A stretch of DNA of 39,568 nt from IMG/VR virus record IMGVR_UViG_3300017987_000033; one strand, written 5' to 3'. A program made the translations under genes and the position numbers. Position 1 is the first letter of the stretch. Every line of letters begins with the position of its first letter. Positions 18,129 to 25,982 of the stretch are shown piece after piece. This DNA is from a virus. The notes beneath the pieces are model-generated. The model was given only the letters and a program-made list of their open reading frames with translations, had not been told where the DNA came from and did no database searches.

Positions 18129-18292
18129 TAGATTTCCTTATTAATTTGTTCTTAATTAAAACAACAACTTCATAAGGTGACGAGCCTGTTAGACTTAAAG
18201 CCTAATACGTCATGGCTTGCGAGGCCGGAGTGAAACACTCTACGCGGTTTGAACTGGCGAAGCTCGGGACTTTAACGTCCTACGCCAAGATT
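18129..18292 (-). promoter_or_regulatory. GC-rich, multi-hairpin 5' leader or candidate cis-regulatory RNA of the capsid gene
   Basis: It is locally GC-rich in an AT-rich genome. Hairpins in minus-sense are GGAC-GUUAAA-GUCC nested in GGCG...CGCC, GAGUG-UUU-CACUC, GGC-CUCGCAA-GCC and UGACG...CGUCA, plus a long-range CGAGCUU/AGGCUCG pairing. Confidence 0.35.
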
Positions 18293-18322
18293 ATTATAGA
18301 GTAATTATGAATGAATATTCAA
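18293..18322 (-). promoter_or_regulatory. Sigma70-like promoter of the capsid operon
   Basis: The minus strand reads TTGAAT, an 18-nt spacer, then TATAAT (-10 at 18298-18293, -35 at 18322-18317). Confidence 0.55.
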
Positions 18323-18392
18323 GAGATATTAAAAGAGGCGCCGCAAGGAAACTTTAGAAACCCTACAACGCCTACAAGAAACGTTAGCAGTA

Positions 18393-18481
18393 TAGCATTG
18401 TGCCAACAAATAAAATAGACCGAAATCATTAAAATATATAAACACTTTGCTTTTAGTTAAAAAAACAACGGCACAATGCTA
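18393..18481. repeat. Perfect 12-bp inverted repeat (tagcattgtgcc / ggcacaatgcta) separated by 65 AT-rich nt
   Basis: Read directly. The right arm starts 3 nt after the stop of gene 18484..19047. Confidence 0.8.
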
Positions 18482-18483
18482 GA

Positions 18484-19047
18484 TCATCTTACATTAAATA
18501 ATTTATTAGCCAAAATCACCGAAAGAAACGGCAACCCACTGTTCCATATTTTATCAGAAGCCGATGATGCCATAAGAGAGATAGTAGCCAGAGGCTTTTC
18601 ATAAAGCATATCCCACATTGCCTGAGTGTGACCCAACTCTTTACTAAGGTGATACTTACCCTCAAGCTCACCTATACTTGAAACTAAAACAGAAAGATTA
18701 TCACTATTACTAAATGTTTTAGATATGACCCTTGAACCAACATTAGCAACAGAATCAATCCCATAATTAAAGATCTTACCCAAAAGCTCACCAACAGGTT
18801 CTGGTGGGAAAAGGTAGCAGTAAAGCATAATTGTTGGTAAACCAACCAATGTAGCCCTAATAGCACCTTTGCGAGACAAAAAGCTATCAAAGCCATCAAC
18901 GATAGCGTTAGCCGATTTCTCAACCTTGTTCATAAGAACATGCTTATCTATAGGCGACATCTTATCAACATCAGCCAAACTAAGCACGTTAAGGTTGGAA
19001 GCCCTAGCATTAAAACTTAAAAATAATAACAAAAGTATCTTTTTCAT
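18484..19047 (-). CDS. Secreted or membrane protein of unknown function (island gene 3), 187 aa
   Basis: N-terminal signal-peptide-like MKKILLLLFLSFNARA and an internal hydrophobic segment LVGLPTIMLYCYLF. Confidence 0.6.
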   Translation of the reverse strand: MKKILLLLFLSFNARASNLNVLSLADVDKMSPIDKHVLMNKVEKSANAIVDGFDSFLSRKGAIRATLVGLPTIMLYCYLFPPEPVGELLGKIFNYGIDSVANVGSRVISKTFSNSDNLSVLVSSIGELEGKYHLSKELGHTQAMWDMLYEKPLATISLMASSASDKIWNSGLPFLSVILANKLFNVR

Positions 19048-19110
19048 GATTCCCCCGCAAGTTAAAAAAGCCTTTATTTCCCTACTAAAAGTATGCCATA
19101 TATAGAAAAT

Positions 19111-19130
19111 AGAGCAAGCCGTCTTGCCCT
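19111..19130 (-). terminator. Hairpin after the Hint-domain gene
   Basis: Minus-sense AGGGCAAG-ACGG-CTTGCTCT followed by ATTTTC. Confidence 0.35.
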
Positions 19131-19153
19131 ACAAAAAAAATAAAAAAGTAAAC

Positions 19154-20845
19154 TTACTTACCTAAATTTTGAGCCCTTTGAAGTAACTTAAAGAAAGCAT
19201 CAATATTCTCTTCATTCTCGTCTAGCTTCTGCTTGGCTATCATCGCCGCTGTACCCAACGCAGAACCAACACCCAACGCAACACCTCCAAGTCCTATTCC
19301 AGCCATCTTGGTCGCATCCCAAGCGTTTTCAAAAAAAGTAGGACCAGACGGAACATGTGACGCTTTTGGTGTTGGCCTAGGAGCAGGAGCAGGAGTAAAT
19401 TCTGGAACATTAACATGAGGAGATGAAGCTGGAACGAATGTAGGCGTAACTCGTGGTACCATACGAGGTCTATCTTGGCTCTTAGGTATACTTGCGTTAG
19501 ACACATCAACAGGAACTTCATTGGTCTGTGTATTATCAGGAATAGGCTCAGGACCCGTTGAAGTAGTATCTGTTTTTTCTTCAGTGACTATCGGCTCGAC
19601 AACAATATCACCCAATGTCTCACAAGGCCCCTGATCAGTTACAGGTGTCGAGGACACAGGTGCCGCTGACTCTTGAGTCGCTGACTCTTGAGCCGAAGAC
19701 AAAACAGCTGCAGCAGTAACCGTTTCAGTTGCATCTAAATTCTTATTAACCTGCTTAATTGTTTCTTCTATAGATGTATTTGTTGCTATATGCTCAGCCT
19801 TCTTTTTAACTTTACTAACTAAATCGGCTTTGCGGTCAGCCTCAGCTTTGTCGGTCTGCTTTTTATCTTCTTCTGCTTTTCTTTTAGCTTCTCTGTCTGT
19901 TGTTTTATCTTTCCTAGAACGTTCTCTTACAGCAGGAGGAGCAAACTTACCAAGTTCACTTGCAATTTGATCAAGTGGATAACCATTTGCCTGCATGACT
20001 TCGAACCTTTCACGCTTTTCAGGAGTATCTGCTAAATAAGACTTAATATTTTGCCTCTCTTCATAACTATGTGTATTTTCAAAGCTATCTGGAAACTGCC
20101 TTGCATAAATATTATCTAGCATTTTATCAAGCTTATTATCATGTAGCTCTTTTTCTAGTTTTGCACCTTTTTCAGCAACTTTCCTTCTAGCCTCTACCCG
20201 TCCTTTATGTGTAAGTAATTTAGTAGCGTCAGCTATACCTGTAGCCGCAGCTGCTGCCACAGTAGCCGTAGCTGCGGCTACTACCGGAGCAGCTTTAACA
20301 ATCTCAGGAATAACTTCTGGAGCCTCTAACACTAACTCAACTACAGCATCATAAACATTGTGCATTAAAAATGCAGTACCATTACTATCAGCCTGAAAGT
20401 AATTATGAACCTTATTTAGAGACAAAATATAAAAACTTATAGGAGGACCTGTAGTCTGGAAGTCAGTTACCGCTTCAATATCATAAGACTTTAACTCATG
20501 ACTCAATATCTTATCCCCAACACTCAACTCTTTTACGCTTATAAAACTATTTTTATTAACACAGAATATTCTTGCCTCTCTAGAACAACACAGAATCCCT
20601 GATGAGGTTTTTATAATGATTACGTTAATGGATTTAAATTTTAAAAGGCTACTTACCTGAATGTTTCTAAACTCACCATTTTTTAGGCAAGCTACATTAT
20701 CAAAAATAGTAAATCTCTCTATAGGCTTAAAACCAGTACTCGAATTTCTGGTAGCTACTAAAGAACCCTTAGGAACACCTGGCTTAGTATAATTAAATAA
20801 TACAAGTAGTAAGAATATACATACAGCAGATATCTTTTTCCACAT
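19154..20845 (-). CDS. Membrane-anchored protein (563 aa) with an N-terminal Hint / bacterial-intein-like domain, an Ala-rich hydrophobic segment, a Lys/Glu-rich coiled region, a Pro/Thr-rich region and a C-terminal TM helix
   Basis: Signal/anchor MWKKISAVCIFLLLVLF. Hint blocks SLVATRNSSTGFKPIERF, ISVKELSVGDKILSH and YDIEAVTDF...FYILSLNKVHNYFQADSNGTAFLMHN. C-terminal GIGLGGVALGVGSALGTAAMIA. Confidence 0.65.
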   Translation of the reverse strand: MWKKISAVCIFLLLVLFNYTKPGVPKGSLVATRNSSTGFKPIERFTIFDNVACLKNGEFRNIQVSSLLKFKSINVIIIKTSSGILCCSREARIFCVNKNSFISVKELSVGDKILSHELKSYDIEAVTDFQTTGPPISFYILSLNKVHNYFQADSNGTAFLMHNVYDAVVELVLEAPEVIPEIVKAAPVVAAATATVAAAAATGIADATKLLTHKGRVEARRKVAEKGAKLEKELHDNKLDKMLDNIYARQFPDSFENTHSYEERQNIKSYLADTPEKRERFEVMQANGYPLDQIASELGKFAPPAVRERSRKDKTTDREAKRKAEEDKKQTDKAEADRKADLVSKVKKKAEHIATNTSIEETIKQVNKNLDATETVTAAAVLSSAQESATQESAAPVSSTPVTDQGPCETLGDIVVEPIVTEEKTDTTSTGPEPIPDNTQTNEVPVDVSNASIPKSQDRPRMVPRVTPTFVPASSPHVNVPEFTPAPAPRPTPKASHVPSGPTFFENAWDATKMAGIGLGGVALGVGSALGTAAMIAKQKLDENEENIDAFFKLLQRAQNLGK

Positions 20846-20917
20846 AGTGAAAACTCCTTTAAGATAAACAGAAAAATAGAACTAAAACTTGTACGATATT
20901 AGCAAGCTGAATAATTT

Positions 20918-21739
20918 TTACAATGTAGAATTACAAAGCTGAATGTAATAATCTAAGTCAGCACACTCAAATTCTGGTTCGCCAAGCAATGCTATTATTA
21001 TTTGTGGAGTCACTGATATTCCTGCACCTATAAGAATTAAAGCGGTCTTTTTCAGCAAAGAAAACATTGTCTGGGCCTTAGTCCTTGGAAGCTTAGAGCT
21101 GTCTATTATAGTAAGCGGAGGAAGCTTACTGTCGATCTCTATTATTTTCTTAAAAAAACATAATCTATTAGATCCTGTGTTTAGTCTATCTAACTCACTC
21201 TCAATCTCTGGAGTTATGCTTTTCCATACAGAAGACAGTAGATCAGCCATAAAAGAAAGACTTCTTGGGTTATGCTCTGGGTGAGTTAACTCAAGATCTT
21301 GCCTAAGCATAGAAGGATCGGAAAACTTTCTTATTCCGGTATATTTATGCAATTCAGGCAAAGTTAACCTAAATTCTTTCTCACTAGGATCTGTTATAGA
21401 AATATTGAACCTATTATTCTTAAACGACATATATCTTACTTTAGGATTAAGTAGCGCAAAAGAAATAGCTCCATAAGGAATAGAGGTTAGATCCATATTC
21501 TCTAAGATCAAGTTACTAACTTCGTATTGCTGAATAAAATGTTTAATATGTTCAAATATCTGCGAAAAACCATCGTCTCCAACAGGCAGATTACTAAGAT
21601 CCAAAGTTTTAGACTCGGGAGAATAATAATTCCTTAAAGAAAACGTATTTAGTGATACATTATGGAGTTCTATGACATGCGGTTGCTCCATAGAAAATAA
21701 GCAAGAGCTGAAAGACAATAGAAGAAGTATTTTTTTCAT
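20918..21739 (-). CDS. Secreted type-I membrane protein with a leucine-rich-repeat-like region (island gene 1), 273 aa from MKKILLLL
   Basis: Signal peptide MKKILLLLSFSSCLFS, the segment LDLSNLPVGDDGFSQIFEHIKHFIQQYEVSNLILENMDLTS, and a C-terminal TM ALILIGAGISVTPQIIIALLG. The start is set at 21739 because the longer ORF would run across a terminator hairpin. Confidence 0.55.
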   Translation of the reverse strand: MKKILLLLSFSSCLFSMEQPHVIELHNVSLNTFSLRNYYSPESKTLDLSNLPVGDDGFSQIFEHIKHFIQQYEVSNLILENMDLTSIPYGAISFALLNPKVRYMSFKNNRFNISITDPSEKEFRLTLPELHKYTGIRKFSDPSMLRQDLELTHPEHNPRSLSFMADLLSSVWKSITPEIESELDRLNTGSNRLCFFKKIIEIDSKLPPLTIIDSSKLPRTKAQTMFSLLKKTALILIGAGISVTPQIIIALLGEPEFECADLDYYIQLCNSTL

Positions 21740-21751
21740 ATTAATCCTAAT

Positions 21752-21785
21752 AAAAAAAAGGCAACCCGCGAGGAACAGGCTGCCC
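21752..21785 (-). terminator. Intrinsic terminator after the scaffold gene
   Basis: Minus-sense GGCAGCC-(11 nt)-GGTTGCC followed by T8, about 42 nt downstream of the stop at 21827. Confidence 0.65.
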
Positions 21786-21826
21786 AAAGAGAATAGTAAA
21801 GGAGAATTTGTCGCAAGTCTTTTTTA

Positions 21827-22657
21827 CTACCCCTGTGATAATTCAAGCATTTCTTTGTAAATAGCAGCCCTCTGCTCCTCAGAACTTACATCGCTAAAGC
21901 TTGAAGCATGAGTCAACGGCGAAGAACTGGCCTTTCCAGCAGACGCTCTAGGCTTTGCTGTATTCTTCGATATCTTAGCCTCTTCTGCCTCAAACTTGTT
22001 ATCCATGTTTATGCCAAACTTTTTTATAAGAGTATAAGCAGCACATGCCTTGTTATACAAATCAGGACTCTGTGCTAACGAATTAGCTATCTCTGGATAA
22101 ACGAGATTTAAAGCTTCAATATTTTTAGCTGACACAACGCTATCAAAATCTGGATACTTCGCCTTAATAGCCATCTCTGTTTGATTCTGAGAGGCTCTAT
22201 ACTCTTGCTCTGCTAATTTTTGTTCTAATTTTTTTATCTTAGAAGTGACTTTAGAAATATGCTTACCCTCAACCAAGCTATCCGGATCCAGTTCCATGTC
22301 GACATCAGGGACGGATTCTTTAGTAGCAGGGCTTTTAGGTAGCTCACCAGTTTGCTGATTATACGCTTTTTCCATGAATTCATACTTTTTACGATACTCA
22401 TCTCTTTCCTTCTCAGCAGCCTCTCTAGCTTTCCTTAAAGCAACAAAATTAATATCCTCTTTAGGCCTATAAACCTTCTCTTTGACCTCTTCCTGTTGAG
22501 CAACTACCTCATCACCCTCAGCCAAATCATTATCAGATACTTCTAACTCAGGCTCTGCTTGCGAGACAACCTCTTCCTCGGTTTTTTCTGGAACATCAAT
22601 ACCACTCATAGACAACGGCGCTAAATCTACTCCTTGACCCTTAAGATCTTCTGACAT
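21827..22657 (-). CDS. Scaffolding protein candidate, 276 aa
   Basis: Acidic N-terminus, long charged helical or coiled-coil sequence, position between portal and capsid genes, and a GGGAGAAGG ribosome-binding site. Confidence 0.5.
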   Translation of the reverse strand: MSEDLKGQGVDLAPLSMSGIDVPEKTEEEVVSQAEPELEVSDNDLAEGDEVVAQQEEVKEKVYRPKEDINFVALRKAREAAEKERDEYRKKYEFMEKAYNQQTGELPKSPATKESVPDVDMELDPDSLVEGKHISKVTSKIKKLEQKLAEQEYRASQNQTEMAIKAKYPDFDSVVSAKNIEALNLVYPEIANSLAQSPDLYNKACAAYTLIKKFGINMDNKFEAEEAKISKNTAKPRASAGKASSSPLTHASSFSDVSSEEQRAAIYKEMLELSQG

Positions 22658-23133
22658 GCCTTCTCCCTCTTTTTACTAAACTCATACATCTTCCTATCCA
22701 GCGCTCCACTATTAAAGTCTAAAACATAATCCAATAATGCTTTATCAGTCTTAGAATAACTTAAAGGATTAGAGATAAACAAAGCACAAGTTTCTATATC
22801 CGGAACAACCCACAACAGCTCTAACTCACACTTATGATGATCATAATAAAACAACTGCTGATCATAAAATGGTTCAGGACATGTTCTACGTGCTTGTGGA
22901 AGCTTTCTGATTATATCTGTGATAGGATCCTTTCGTATAGCTATTTCAATGAAAAAATCTTCATCTTTCCAATTCTTCTTAGTAGCCTCTACTTGATCCA
23001 TAAGTAATTTAAATAATTCTTTAACATGAGAACTCGATACATCACCAACTAGAAGCCCAGAAACGTCCTTTTTAGCTAGCTCTGCCGCCATCTTACCTAT
23101 AGGCGTATTTTTACCATTATCTTTTATTATCAT
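22627..23133 (-). CDS. Hypothetical protein, 168 aa
   Basis: ORF in the head module with no recognisable motif. Confidence 0.5.
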   Translation of the reverse strand: MIIKDNGKNTPIGKMAAELAKKDVSGLLVGDVSSSHVKELFKLLMDQVEATKKNWKDEDFFIEIAIRKDPITDIIRKLPQARRTCPEPFYDQQLFYYDHHKCELELLWVVPDIETCALFISNPLSYSKTDKALLDYVLDFNSGALDRKMYEFSKKREKACQKILRVKE

Positions 23134-23226
23134 TTATCTTCTCTACCTTCTTCCTTAACCTTCTTCTCCTAAAGTATCTCTTTATATTAGACCATAAAAA
23201 ACTAATAATAAATACTCCATATAAAT

Positions 23227-23262
23227 AAAAAAGCCGGGCTAGAAAGGAGTTAACAGCCCGGC
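23227..23262 (-). terminator. Intrinsic terminator
   Basis: Minus-sense GCCGGGCT-(14 nt)-AGCCCGGC followed by TTTTTT, 27 nt downstream of the stop at 23289. Confidence 0.65.
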
Positions 23263-23288
23263 ATAAAGAAAAGTAGTAGTAATGAATA

Positions 23289-23447
23289 TTATCTATAAGA
23301 GTAATATACGTTAGTACGCACTTGCTCTTTTTCAGAATCTTTAAATTCTTTTTTAACTTTAGGATTAGCTATATTAGCAGGCTTTCCTAAAATATTATAG
23401 GCAATCTTAGTAGCCTTAGATTTAGGCCTAATCATCATTACTGCCAT
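23289..23447 (-). CDS. Hypothetical basic 52-aa protein
   Basis: Below the ORF-track cutoff. My manual translation is MAVMMIRPKSKATKIAYNILGKPANIANPKVKKEFKDSEKEQVRTNVYYSYR, with an AAGGA ribosome-binding site upstream. Confidence 0.35.
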   Translation of the reverse strand: MAVMMIRPKSKATKIAYNILGKPANIANPKVKKEFKDSEKEQVRTNVYYSYR

Positions 23448-23455
23448 AATAATCC

Positions 23456-23665
23456 TTATTTTTTAGGATGCTTCTTGCTATTAAGCTTAGAAAGATCTTC
23501 ATTAAAAGCCATATCCATGCCCTGCATTGTATCAGGATAAGGAACACTCTCTAAATTGTTCATATTTCCAACCTTGACCATCTTTATTCCTTGAGGAAGG
23601 TTGCAATCTTGACTTTCATCACATGATACAGCCGCAGCCTTTGAATTATAATACTTTTTTGCCAT
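23456..23665 (-). CDS. Hypothetical 69-aa protein
   Basis: ORF downstream of the portal gene with a GGAGAGAG ribosome-binding site. Confidence 0.45.
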   Translation of the reverse strand: MAKKYYNSKAAAVSCDESQDCNLPQGIKMVKVGNMNNLESVPYPDTMQGMDMAFNEDLSKLNSKKHPKK

Positions 23666-23793
23666 AACTCTCTCCTAGTAGAAACTGCTACCTAAATAGC
23701 AAGCGTTAAACTCTAACTACCAGCTATAAAAACTATTCTTATAACCAGACTCCAATATAACTATGAACCAATAACATATCATTTGCAACATAG

Positions 23794-25827
23794 TTATATT
23801 TTTGAAGCAACAGTGGCCTTTGCAACATCACTTGGACCATCTTCGTTAGCCTCAGACTGAGCCTGAAGCAACTTAGATAAAGCCACAAGCTTTTGTAGCT
23901 GATCTATGTCTACATTATCTATTTCCTGCATACCCTTCAACAGATCAAGTAAACCAGCAGCCCTGTCTTTATAAGCCTCAGCCTTACGTTCTTCAGCTAA
24001 CTCTTTATTCTCTTCTATTCGAGATACTCTTTCTAAGCCAAGACCCTTATCAGCTGTTGCTCTTGCGTGCGCCAAATCAGTACGAGCCTGTATTTCTGCC
24101 ATCTGAACTTGAGCTTGTTGCTGTTGCATTTGCTGTTCTTGCTGCTGTTGTTGTTGAACGGTTTTAATAAGATCTGATTTATTTTGTAATGTTACTGCCT
24201 CAATTAAACTTTCATCAGGTATAGGAACACCAATCTCACGAAGCTTAATATACTGAGCAAACTGCATTTGTTTTTGAGTTGTAGTATTAAGTCCCTCTTC
24301 AACAGCACAGTCATACTTACCGAAAGCCTTATTATAAAACTGAGGCAACGGCTCTTCGTTTAATATGCGCTTAACTTTACCCGGCATAAAATTGTTTTGA
24401 ATAACACCTAAAAGTTTAGAGCCTAAAAGTTTAAGTGCGTAATCAGCGTTACTAAAAATAGGTTGCAATGTTGTCAAACCAGCAGACTGTCTTAACATCG
24501 CAAGTACACCGGCTTTGTCATCTACTGCTGAGCCTAACAACTCTTCAGAAACACCTGAAATACTGTTAATCTCATCACCCATTGCCCTAGATACTTCCAA
24601 GGTTGATGGAGGTATACTTCCCGGCTGTATCTGCTGTAAGTCGGTCATTTGAGCACTAGACTTAACAACCAATGACTTACCTTGACCGGTTTTAAATACA
24701 TCCATCGGATTAACAAGAGCGCCCTCTTTATATATCCAGCCAGAAGTAACTTGAGATTCAAGCATGTCGAGCTCTATAGCCTTACGCCTGTTATACAAGA
24801 ACTGAGCATCTATTAACCCACGAACAACACCTTGTATCCTCCATGTGTAATCAGTAATTTGAGGATTAAAGTAACATAAAACAGGAACAAACGGATAAGA
24901 ATCAATACCTAAAGGATTAGGTCCATCGTACATAATCTTACCCTGCAGAACTATGGTAAGTCTTACTGTTGGAATATCTTGCTCTACCACCGAAACCTGA
25001 GGATACATCTTTAAAAACTTCTCAAGACCTTCGGGGTCGTTCTTGTCCCATTCCATAGACTCACCTGTCTGCTTATCAACAAGTAATTTTTGAGACCTAA
25101 AAGAACGGTAATAATATTCGTCGTAAGACATAAGATTATTATTCGCGGCATCAAACGTCTCCGGAAGGTAATTAAATTTGCCATCCTTAGAATTTGACGT
25201 AGAAAGAGACATGATAATATCTTTCTTGTCTGGCAAATAAGACAAAGCTTCGCTGCGAGTTATATAAGTCCTCTTCCATATAAAGTTACAGTCAGATAAA
25301 TCTTTTTTCTTAAAGAAAGGGTCAATAATAAAGGTGTTATAAGGGCAATTTTCGACAACAACATCTCCAGAAACAGGATCTGCCCTATAATCCATTGTTA
25401 CCTGAATTAGTGATATACCACCAACAACAGAATCATGAAAAGAATCAGAAAAAGTTTCGAGTATCCCAGAACCTCTATCAAGCCACATCAAGATCTTACT
25501 AAACTGATCCGCTGTTTCCTGGTCAGCATTTTCTACAGGAATAGCAATTATAGACTTTCTATTTTTACATTGATGACCATGAATCATGTTAACGGTAGTT
25601 CTAATATGGTTCAGACTTAATAGATTACGCCTTGAAGCAGGAACATTATTATAAAGCTCTGACCAAAGATTAGGATCTCCAGCTTCAGCCCTAGAATCTC
25701 TATCAGCCATCCCCCACATAGTCTCATTAATAGATATTACCCTAGTATAACTATCCTCCATAACCTCTAAACGAGCTCTATCTTCAGGATCTCTAACCTC
25801 ATAAGGAACCTCTGGAAATATTGCCAT
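23794..25827 (-). CDS. Portal protein, 677 aa
   Basis: It directly follows the large terminase and has a typical size. It has a Gln-rich and charged C-terminal tail (QQQQQEQQMQQQQAQVQ). Confidence 0.7.
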   Translation of the reverse strand: MAIFPEVPYEVRDPEDRARLEVMEDSYTRVISINETMWGMADRDSRAEAGDPNLWSELYNNVPASRRNLLSLNHIRTTVNMIHGHQCKNRKSIIAIPVENADQETADQFSKILMWLDRGSGILETFSDSFHDSVVGGISLIQVTMDYRADPVSGDVVVENCPYNTFIIDPFFKKKDLSDCNFIWKRTYITRSEALSYLPDKKDIIMSLSTSNSKDGKFNYLPETFDAANNNLMSYDEYYYRSFRSQKLLVDKQTGESMEWDKNDPEGLEKFLKMYPQVSVVEQDIPTVRLTIVLQGKIMYDGPNPLGIDSYPFVPVLCYFNPQITDYTWRIQGVVRGLIDAQFLYNRRKAIELDMLESQVTSGWIYKEGALVNPMDVFKTGQGKSLVVKSSAQMTDLQQIQPGSIPPSTLEVSRAMGDEINSISGVSEELLGSAVDDKAGVLAMLRQSAGLTTLQPIFSNADYALKLLGSKLLGVIQNNFMPGKVKRILNEEPLPQFYNKAFGKYDCAVEEGLNTTTQKQMQFAQYIKLREIGVPIPDESLIEAVTLQNKSDLIKTVQQQQQQEQQMQQQQAQVQMAEIQARTDLAHARATADKGLGLERVSRIEENKELAEERKAEAYKDRAAGLLDLLKGMQEIDNVDIDQLQKLVALSKLLQAQSEANEDGPSDVAKATVASKI

Positions 25828-25878
25828 CTAACTCTCCTATCTCATTAACAACAACCAATACATTCACACATTTATATC

Positions 25879-25908
25879 ATTGTAGTTAATAGACGGACCT
25901 AAAGGCAA
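25879..25908 (-). promoter_or_regulatory. Possible sigma70-like promoter for the portal/head genes
   Basis: The minus strand reads TTGCCT, an 18-nt spacer, then TACAAT. Confidence 0.35.
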
Positions 25909-25924
25909 TAAATGTTATCTGCAT

Positions 25925-25953
25925 AAAAAAAGGGCCAGCCTTGCAGCCGACCC
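25925..25953 (-). terminator. Intrinsic terminator after terL
   Basis: Minus-sense GGGTCGGC-TGCAAG-GCTGGCCC (two G.U pairs) followed by T7, 30 nt downstream of the stop at 25983. Confidence 0.6.
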
Positions 25954-25982
25954 AGGAACGAAAGAATCCATGCAATTATTAA

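Noticed and set aside
18171-18292. The GC-rich island upstream of the capsid gene as a tRNA or tmRNA fragment (possible attP core)
   Set aside because: I could not build a cloverleaf on either strand. The GTTCAAA string is not flanked by complementary 5-bp T-arm halves, and the genome has no integrase.
21740-21787. The N-terminal extension MGSLFLAGCLFFIRIN of the LRR-like ORF
   Set aside because: The extension is encoded by the hairpin plus T8 terminator of the scaffold gene. The internal ATG at 21739 has an AGGA site upstream and yields a clean signal peptide.
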